From: Candidatus Omnitrophota bacterium
GTDB taxonomy: Bacteria > Omnitrophota > Omnitrophia > Omnitrophales > Aquincolibacteriaceae
Length of the DNA: 11,887 nt
Direction: 5' to 3'
Assembly (NCBI GenBank): GCA_043803685.1
Contig: JAZDJU010000097.1
Coordinates: 1-11,887, forward strand
Below the pieces are notes generated by a model, which saw only the letters and a program-made list of their open reading frames with translations, was not told the origin of the DNA and did not search any database. This document shows positions 1-5,976 of this stretch, piece by piece. Made by a program: the position numbers and the translations under genes. Within the stretch, counting starts at the first letter, position 1, and each line of letters starts with the position of its first letter.

Positions 1-284
1 CCGATCAGGAATTCCAGAGAGAGATAATAAACACGTTTGAGGTTCTTCTCGTGGTAGCGTTGTTGGGTCTGGATCCAGCGTTCCACGAGGCGGTCGCGGA
101 GCGACATTCCGAGGGCCATAAAATTGTCGCGAGAGGTCGCGGTGAACCGGTCCTTGGCAAGACCATACTGAAGGCTCGAGCTGAAAGATTCCTTCAGCCC
201 GTCTTTGGTCATGTCCTTGTGCTCCGGACGCCAAAGCTCGCGGCCTTCCTCTTTTCTTTGTTCCTTCTTTTTCGCGCTTCGCAT
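1..284 (-). CDS. glgP: Glycogen/starch/alpha-glucan phosphorylase (GT35), N-terminal fragment; the gene continues off the left edge
   Basis: Not in the ORF track; translated by hand. An ATG at 284-282, preceded by the SD AGGAG, gives MRSAKKKEQRKEEGRELWRPEHKDMTKDGLKESFSSSLQYGLAKDRFTATSRDNFMALGMSLRDRLVERWIQTQQRYHEKNLKRVYYLSLEFLIG. RDRLVERW and KRVYYLSLEFLIG are the characteristic N-terminal motifs of glycogen phosphorylases. Confidence 0.96.
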   Translation of the reverse strand, partial: MRSAKKKEQRKEEGRELWRPEHKDMTKDGLKESFSSSLQYGLAKDRFTATSRDNFMALGMSLRDRLVERWIQTQQRYHEKNLKRVYYLSLEFLI

Positions 285-383
285 TTCAGCTCCTAAGCAA
301 TCCAGCAAAAATCTTTATGCTGCGCATCATTTCATAACCAAAAAATAATTCCGGCCCCGTTTTCTCAGTACCGCAGCTGTCAC

Positions 384-1538
384 TCAGATCAAGTAGCGAA
401 TGATCACGACTCCCGAACCGCCTGTTCCGCCATAGGAGCCACTTCTTTCTCCACCACCACCGCCGCCACCAGTGTTCGCGGCTCCATTCGTCCCATTAGC
501 GTACGATCCGGCTCCTCCTCCCCCTTTTCCTCCGGCTCCTGGTGTATAACCTGAGGTGTATATGCAACCGCCACCACCGCCAAACCAACCCACATCGCCT
601 ACACTGGTTCCAAATACACCACCATAATCTACACCAACCCCACCGCTACCGCCCACATAGGCGGTGCCAACACCACCAACACCACCTGCTCCACCGCCTC
701 CACCTCCACCATAATAAGCGCCGGAAAAACCGGCTCCTCCTGAAAAACCCTGGCCAACAGTTCCTACCCCTGGAACCATAAAGGTGTTGGCTGCTCCGCC
801 CCCACCTGAGCCACCATTTTTTCCATTCCCGGAAGAATAATTCCCTCCCCCACCGCCGCCAAGCGCTGTAATGGTCGAAAAAACAGAATTCCCCCCATTA
901 GTCCCTTGAAGAGTACCAGAGCCTCCTGCGCCGCCAGATCCAACAGTCACAGAATAGGATTGTGCCGTAACTGTAAAACCCGAACTGTACACCACTCCCC
1001 CGGCGCCGCCCCCTCCTCCAAAATAAGTTGTCCCGCCACCACCGCCGCCGCCTGCGACGACAAGAACGTCAACCGTCCCAGAACCAGTGACAATAAACGA
1101 GTCGGAAGTTGTAAATTTATGGAAACGATAACCTCCGCCCTCGGTTACGGTTCCACCCGTGGCGCTAAAATCACTACTTGTGATATTCCAGGGAGTTTTC
1201 CATTCGGTACCGTTATAGAATTCAATTTTGGATAACGTGGTATTGTAGCGAAAGAGACCTGTCACAGGCGAAACGGGCCTTTGGGCGGTGGTGCCCATAG
1301 GCAAAATAATTCCGTCCGTTTTAGAGCCCAAGTCCAGTGAAGCGTTTGGACTCGTCGTTCCGATGCCAACATTCCCGGACTCCGTGGCAAGAGAAGTATT
1401 ACTCGTGGTTTTCACTTCCTGATACTCGCCGTACGGAGCGGGATAGAAAGTGGTCAATTCCGTTTTGCCGGCATGAGCAACGGATGCAAACACAACCATT
1501 GAAAGAAACACCATGCCTGGAATATACTTTCGAAGCAT
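384..1538 (-). CDS. Secreted modular fibre/adhesin-like protein with a C-terminal glycine-rich domain (384 aa)
   Basis: Strong SD (GGAGGAGGTGA) before the ATG. Sec-type signal peptide ending in AHA|G (aa 1-23). TTFYPAPYGEY motif (aa 29-39). GNVGIGTTSP and LPMGTTAQRP...GLFRYNTT..KIEFYNGTEW module (aa 55-113), as seen in fibre-like proteins. Glycine-rich domain from about aa 125 (ATGG...YRFHKFT...VDVLVVAGGGGGG...GGSGVVIIRY). The CDS is secure; the function is inferred. Confidence 0.85.
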   Translation of the reverse strand: MLRKYIPGMVFLSMVVFASVAHAGKTELTTFYPAPYGEYQEVKTTSNTSLATESGNVGIGTTSPNASLDLGSKTDGIILPMGTTAQRPVSPVTGLFRYNTTLSKIEFYNGTEWKTPWNITSSDFSATGGTVTEGGGYRFHKFTTSDSFIVTGSGTVDVLVVAGGGGGGGTTYFGGGGGAGGVVYSSGFTVTAQSYSVTVGSGGAGGSGTLQGTNGGNSVFSTITALGGGGGGNYSSGNGKNGGSGGGGAANTFMVPGVGTVGQGFSGGAGFSGAYYGGGGGGGAGGVGGVGTAYVGGSGGVGVDYGGVFGTSVGDVGWFGGGGGCIYTSGYTPGAGGKGGGGAGSYANGTNGAANTGGGGGGGERSGSYGGTGGSGVVIIRYLI

Positions 1539-1617
1539 TATTCACCTCCTCCATGCAAGTTAACGACATCGCCTGGAAATGAAAAAGTCCATTTAAAAGG
1601 ATCCGCTACACCATCGA

Positions 1618-1646
1618 ATTATGACCAGGGCTGAATCCTGTGTCAA
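1618..1646 (-). promoter_or_regulatory. Sigma70-type promoter for the fibre-like gene
   Basis: The minus strand reads TTGACA (1646-1641), a 17-nt spacer, then CATAAT (1623-1618), about 80 nt upstream of the ATG at 1538. Confidence 0.8.
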
Positions 1647-1650
1647 CGAC

Positions 1651-1669
1651 ATATCAGTTGATATCAGTT
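1651..1669. promoter_or_regulatory. Tandem 9-bp direct repeat just upstream of the -35 element; candidate transcription factor site
   Basis: ATATCAGTT occurs at 1651-1659 and 1661-1669, as exact copies with a 10-bp period, starting 4 bp beyond the -35 hexamer. Confidence 0.5.
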
Positions 1670-1768
1670 AAAACTGGATTTCAATTCCCCTTCGCGTTTA
1701 ATTTATAGCCCTCTCGGGTCCCTGTCATTGCGGGGATCCTGTAACATGGTATGGACGCTTCAAGTTTT

Positions 1769-3244
1769 TCAGGCTTTAAAATCGAACAGGTGGGCCTGCC
1801 AGGGTTGGAGGTCCACGTACAATCCCTTTTTGAAGAGCTCCTCCCCGGTCCGGTCGTAGGGCTTGTCGGTCAACGCGTCCCGGAACTGAATGAAATATTT
1901 CCGTCCCAGAAATTCCGGAAGGTGAATGGACGCCTGCGCGCGGATCATGGAATAATTAATGACAATGAGTTTCCAATTCTGTCCGTGTCCCCAAAGCCAG
2001 GCCAGGATCGCCTGGTAGGTCTCGCTCTTTTCCCACGCAGCCCGGGTCGCGAGTAAGGTCCATTCCCCATCGTGGATCACGGGATCCTTGAGGTACTTTA
2101 AAAGCCGGCGATAGATCTCGACTGTTACCGGATCCGCGGGCTCGGAAGGCTCACGCCGTAAGTGGATGGGCGTGCGGATCCTTCGGCCTTCCGATTGTCC
2201 GTCATAAAAGAAGCGAAGACCCGGAACCGTGGCCGCAACGATCCCCGCGGCCCTGGATTTCTGTTTCCCGAAACTTACCGTCGCGCGTTCTTCATCATGA
2301 TTCTCAATAAAACGAAGACATTTATCGCGATAGGCCGGCTCCGCGTTCAAGTGCTCGCCAACCGACACGGCTGAATCAAAGAACATCCGGTCGTAAAGAC
2401 GTTTGTCATAAGTGAAATCAAAACCCATTTGCTGGAGCTGCCAGTCCATGTCCCAATAGACTTCCGCGATAAAGATGAAATGCGGCGCGGCCTTCTTTAC
2501 TTCCGGGATCACTTCCTCCCAGAACTCCGTGTAGGGACGGCCCGTCGCAATGTGATCTCCCCAGATCTTCTGGAAAACATCGTTAAGCCCCAGCATCGCC
2601 ATATCACAGCGAACTCCATCAGCAACCTGCGAGATCTTGAGGAGTTCCGCAAGCCAGGCTTCGCGCGCCTTCGGGGACCAGAAATTGATCTGCGCGGTGT
2701 CGATCCAGGGAGCAAAATAGGGGTCCCTTCCATGCGCGAGTTTTTTCCCTTCACTCGTGATAAAAGACCATTCCGGATGGGCGCGTAAAGTCGCAGGAAG
2801 GCAGGACACGAAAAGTTCGGGACGTTCCACGGTCCAGGGATGATCAAAAGCAAGATGGTTCGGCACAAAATCCAGCACCAGACCCATCCCCAACCCGTTC
2901 AACTTCATCTTGAGCTGAAGCAGTTCCTCCGGTTTCCCAAGATAAGGATCCAATTCATAATTGAAGATGGCGTACGGGGAACCCGTGACATCTTCACGCT
3001 TCCAACCGGGAAGGATCATATCGTAAGCGCGGCACAGGCCCGGCTCCTTGGCGGCATGAGCGGCCGACCCGGGGCTATGGGTCCAAACTCCCATGAGCCA
3101 AAGATAGTCGAACCCCTGTTCCGCGAAGGATTTCCATTCGTCAAGCGGAACCGTCGCCAGGGTCAGACGACGTCCGTATTTCCTGGACATCCTGGAGATA
3201 TAAAAGAAAGCATTGAGTTCGAGCAATTGTGGATGTTTTTTCAT
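1769..3244 (-). CDS. Alpha-amylase family glycoside hydrolase (GH13), cytoplasmic, 491 aa
   Basis: All four GH13 conserved regions are present: LVLDFVPNH (I), DGVRCDMAML (II, nucleophile Asp), FIAEVYW (III, acid/base Glu) and RFIENHDE (IV). GSPYAI is also present. No signal peptide. It resembles the poorly characterised AmyAc_1-type group (from memory). Confidence 0.93.
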   Translation of the reverse strand: MKKHPQLLELNAFFYISRMSRKYGRRLTLATVPLDEWKSFAEQGFDYLWLMGVWTHSPGSAAHAAKEPGLCRAYDMILPGWKREDVTGSPYAIFNYELDPYLGKPEELLQLKMKLNGLGMGLVLDFVPNHLAFDHPWTVERPELFVSCLPATLRAHPEWSFITSEGKKLAHGRDPYFAPWIDTAQINFWSPKAREAWLAELLKISQVADGVRCDMAMLGLNDVFQKIWGDHIATGRPYTEFWEEVIPEVKKAAPHFIFIAEVYWDMDWQLQQMGFDFTYDKRLYDRMFFDSAVSVGEHLNAEPAYRDKCLRFIENHDEERATVSFGKQKSRAAGIVAATVPGLRFFYDGQSEGRRIRTPIHLRREPSEPADPVTVEIYRRLLKYLKDPVIHDGEWTLLATRAAWEKSETYQAILAWLWGHGQNWKLIVINYSMIRAQASIHLPEFLGRKYFIQFRDALTDKPYDRTGEELFKKGLYVDLQPWQAHLFDFKA

Positions 3245-3385
3245 AATCGTTTTCCGTCAGAGACCCCGTAGAGTGATTATCGGTCCCACGACAATTTTAC
3301 TTTATGAAACGATTGCGAAGAAAAGCTCCGTGGCACTAATGAAAAGCGAGGGACGATGAGTATTCTGTTTGGAAAATTCGCACCG

Positions 3386-3466
3386 GAATTCCCCCTCTTT
3401 GTAAAGAGGAGCTAGGGGAGATTTTAAAAAATCCCCCTCGATCCCCCTTTGTGAAAGGGGGAGTTC
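3386..3466. repeat. Inverted pair of REP-like palindromic elements (REPIN-like doublet)
   Basis: Copy A (3389-3424) read on the minus strand is AAATCTCCCCTAGCTCCTCTTTACAAAGAGGGGGAA. Copy B (3429-3463) on the plus strand is AAATCCCCCTCGATCCCCCTTTGTGAAAGGGGGAG. Each has an internal hairpin: CCTCTTT-gt-AAAGAGG and TCCCCCTTT-gtg-AAAGGGGGA. The doublet is intergenic. Confidence 0.8.
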
Positions 3467-3506
3467 ATGGCAGGGTAATTCCAACAAGAATTTATCGGAC
3501 AGCGTA

Positions 3507-5660
3507 TTAGGCAAGGATCTTTTTGACAGTGTCACCCAAAAGAAAAGGAGCGACAGCATCGACAGGAAGGGGCTTGCTGAAAAGATACCCCTGAATGATG
3601 TCGCAATTCTGCGACTTCAGGATCTCGAGCTGTTCCTTCGTCTCGACCCCTTCGGCGACGACTTCCAGTTTTAAACTATGCGACATGGAAATGATGGCAT
3701 GGGTGATCGCCTGGTCATCAACATCGGTGGTCACATGGTCCACGAAGGATTTGTCGATCTTGACGCAATCGATGGGAAACGTTTTCAGGTACATCAGCGA
3801 AGAATAACCGGTCCCGAAATCGTCGATCGAAATATGCGCCCCCATATTCTTGAGCCTCTTCAAGGTCAGCGTGGTTTCCTCCAAGCGCTCCATGATCGTA
3901 CTTTCCGTCAATTCGAGATCGAGACCTTTCGGATCAATGCCGCTCTTCCGGATCGTGTCCCCCACCATATCCACCAGATTGGCATAGTGGAACTGCCGGC
4001 CGGAAAGATTGACCGACACCCGGAAATCCGGAAAACCCGTCTGTTCCCAAATTTTCTTTTGCGCGCAAGCTGTCTTCAAGACCCATTCCCCGATCGGATG
4101 GATCAGTCCCGTATCCTCCGCGATAGGAATGAACTCGATCGGAGGAATGAACCCCAGATCAGGGTGCTTCCAGCGGATCAACGCCTCGGCTCCGATCGCT
4201 TTCCCGGTGCGGAGGTCCACCTGAGGCTGGTAATAAAGCAGGAATTCATTACGCTCCAGAGCGCGGCGAAGACTATTCTCAAGGACCAGCCTTTCAAAAC
4301 TGCTGTTGGCGATCGAAGACGAAAAAAGTTGATACCGGTCCTTACCCCGTTCCTTGGAAATATGCATGGCCGCGTCGGCATTCTTGATCAGGATGTCGCT
4401 CGTCTCGCCATCCCCGGGGAAGATCGTGATCCCGATACTGCAACTGGTAAAAAGCTCGTGTTCGTTGATAAGAAAAGGCCCTTTGAAGGCGGTGAGAAGC
4501 TTCGTAGCGACATTCTCGGCGTCTTCACTTTTCGTGATGCGGGGCAGGAGAATGATAAAAGCGCCTCCGCCGACGCGCGTGATGGTATCGGTGTCGAACA
4601 GCAGCTTCAAAAGCCTCACGGAAACCGCTTTGATCAGTTGATCTCCGATGGGGTGTCCCAACGTATCGTTGATGCGCTTGAAGTGATCCAGGTCCAACGC
4701 CAACACCGCCCCGCTCTCCTTCTTGCGGCGGGATTGCTGGATGGCCTGATCAAGACGGTCGACAAAAAGCTCCCGGTTCGGAAGATTCGTCAGGGCATCA
4801 AAATAGACGAGCTGATTGAAGCGTTCTTTTTCCCGGGTCCGTTCCGTGGTGTCCGAAATAATACCGTCGACACTCGTCACTCTCCTGGAAATGTCCCGGA
4901 CGGCGCGCCCGTGGTCATTCACCCAACGGAAATCCCCGTTCGGCTGCCGGATGCGGTAGTCGACGCTGAACATAGATCCTTCCCGCACCGCTTTCTCGAA
5001 CGCATCCCTCAAAAGCGGAAGGTCTTGCGGCAAAACCTTTTCAAAGTAGGAGGAAACATTCCCCCCCATAAGATCTTGGGCTGAGAGCCCTGAAATATCC
5101 TTGATGGCATCACTAATGAAATCGACTTTCCATTCCCGTGTCTCCGACAGAGTGAAACGATACACCGCACCAGGGATGTTCGACACAAGGCTCCGGAACC
5201 GTTCGTCCTGGTCCTGGAGGGCTCGCTTGGAGCGCTCGTTCTCCTGGAAATATTTTTGAAGTTCAGCCTGCCCCTGATGTCGACTGATGGCATAACAAAT
5301 ACTCTTCACCAGAAGCTGACGGTCAAAACTCCCCTTGGCGAGATAGTCCTGAGCGCCCATGGCAATGGCCTTTCCGGCGAGTTCCTCGTCATCGACCGAG
5401 GTCAGAATAATGATCGGCACCTCGGAAAACGACTTATGGACTGAAAGAAAACTGTTAAGCCCCTCGCTGTCGGGAAGCATGAGATCCAGCAGCACGACAT
5501 CGATGTCGCCTTCGGCCAGGCGCTCGAGAGCGGACTGCATGTGTTTGCTACGAATAAGGTCAAAGGAAGGATTACGGTTCTGGGACAGACGCTCGTTTAC
5601 AAGGGTGAAATAATTGGGGTCATCCTCAACGACTAAAACCTTGAACGCCTTTTTATCCAT
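3507..5660 (-). CDS. Response-regulator c-di-GMP phosphodiesterase: REC-PAS-GGDEF(degenerate)-EAL, 717 aa
   Basis: REC domain: VLVVEDD, VVLLDLMLPD (phosphoacceptor Asp), IILTS, DYLAKG. PAS/PAC: SLVSNIPGAVY...DYRIRQPNGDFRWV...DGIISDTTER. GGDEF fold: DALTNLPNR and LDLDHFKRINDTLGH, with the signature altered to GGGAF. EAL domain: YYQPQV, AEALIRW, VSVNLS, LELTES, IDDFGTGYSSL, VKIDKSF, AEGVET, QGYLFSKP. Confidence 0.95.
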   Translation of the reverse strand: MDKKAFKVLVVEDDPNYFTLVNERLSQNRNPSFDLIRSKHMQSALERLAEGDIDVVLLDLMLPDSEGLNSFLSVHKSFSEVPIIILTSVDDEELAGKAIAMGAQDYLAKGSFDRQLLVKSICYAISRHQGQAELQKYFQENERSKRALQDQDERFRSLVSNIPGAVYRFTLSETREWKVDFISDAIKDISGLSAQDLMGGNVSSYFEKVLPQDLPLLRDAFEKAVREGSMFSVDYRIRQPNGDFRWVNDHGRAVRDISRRVTSVDGIISDTTERTREKERFNQLVYFDALTNLPNRELFVDRLDQAIQQSRRKKESGAVLALDLDHFKRINDTLGHPIGDQLIKAVSVRLLKLLFDTDTITRVGGGAFIILLPRITKSEDAENVATKLLTAFKGPFLINEHELFTSCSIGITIFPGDGETSDILIKNADAAMHISKERGKDRYQLFSSSIANSSFERLVLENSLRRALERNEFLLYYQPQVDLRTGKAIGAEALIRWKHPDLGFIPPIEFIPIAEDTGLIHPIGEWVLKTACAQKKIWEQTGFPDFRVSVNLSGRQFHYANLVDMVGDTIRKSGIDPKGLDLELTESTIMERLEETTLTLKRLKNMGAHISIDDFGTGYSSLMYLKTFPIDCVKIDKSFVDHVTTDVDDQAITHAIISMSHSLKLEVVAEGVETKEQLEILKSQNCDIIQGYLFSKPLPVDAVAPFLLGDTVKKILA

Positions 5661-5686
5661 AAGCTAATCGCCTTTCGAATCCGTCT

Positions 5687-5710
5687 CTTTTGAGTCCATA
5701 GACTCAAAAG
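5687..5710. promoter_or_regulatory. Perfect 10-bp inverted repeat in the predicted 5' leader of the phosphodiesterase gene
   Basis: CTTTTGAGTC (5687-5696), then CATA, then GACTCAAAAG (5701-5710). It lies between the predicted promoter and the ATG at 5660. Confidence 0.6.
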
Positions 5711-5735
5711 TTCTTAATTCACCGCCTACGACTCC

Positions 5736-5763
5736 AGTATAACACAATAATTAAGCAATTCAA
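5736..5763 (-). promoter_or_regulatory. Sigma70-type promoter with extended -10 for the phosphodiesterase gene
   Basis: The minus strand reads TTGAAT (5763-5758), a 16-nt spacer ending in TGt, then TATACT (5741-5736). The AT-rich context raises the chance of a random match. Confidence 0.6.
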
Positions 5764-5926
5764 TAAGTTTGGATTATTTCATCACAATATCAATAATTTA
5801 CTATTATATGCGCTCATATTGTCGTTAATAGGTTTATTATTGTTAGTTTTTGATAGATTTGATAGTTTTTGCTATGCATTTTAATCGTTTATTTTCCATA
5901 GTATTCTTTTTTTTTAAATAAGTATG

Positions 5927-5935
5927 TGCTATGGT
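5927..5935 (+). promoter_or_regulatory. Possible extended -10 element for the gene at 5977
   Basis: TG-c-TATGGT at 5927-5935, about 40 nt upstream of the ATG. No convincing -35 element. Confidence 0.3.
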
Positions 5936-5976
5936 TAAAAGCGTAGGGGAAATAAACACAAAAATGCGAGGGTGCC

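Noticed and set aside
51..296. Plus-strand 81-aa ORF
   Set aside because: It is the antisense shadow of the glgP N-terminus, which has clear family motifs and an SD on the minus strand.
384..1538. Prophage remnant or diversity-generating retroelement target
   Set aside because: The protein has a Sec signal peptide and a host-type promoter. No other phage genes, integrase, reverse transcriptase or template/variable repeat pair is in the window.
1716..1739. Imperfect hairpin downstream of the GH13 stop as a terminator
   Set aside because: The stem is mismatched and no U-tract follows it on the minus strand.
3386..3466. Possible CRISPR repeats
   Set aside because: There are only two copies, inverted and 4 nt apart, with no spacers and no cas genes.
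3302..3559. Minus-strand 85-aa ORF containing KSPLAPLYKEG
   Set aside because: It overlaps the phosphodiesterase 3' end and is largely a translation of the REP-like palindromes.
3678..5084. Plus-strand 468-aa ORF
   Set aside because: It lies wholly antisense to the GGDEF-EAL region and has no recognisable motifs. Long shadow ORFs are common opposite GC3-rich genes.
5661..5735. c-di-GMP riboswitch upstream of the phosphodiesterase
   Set aside because: I could not find the two-hairpin GEMM layout with a GNRA tetraloop and receptor. Only one simple hairpin is present. An Rfam scan would settle it.
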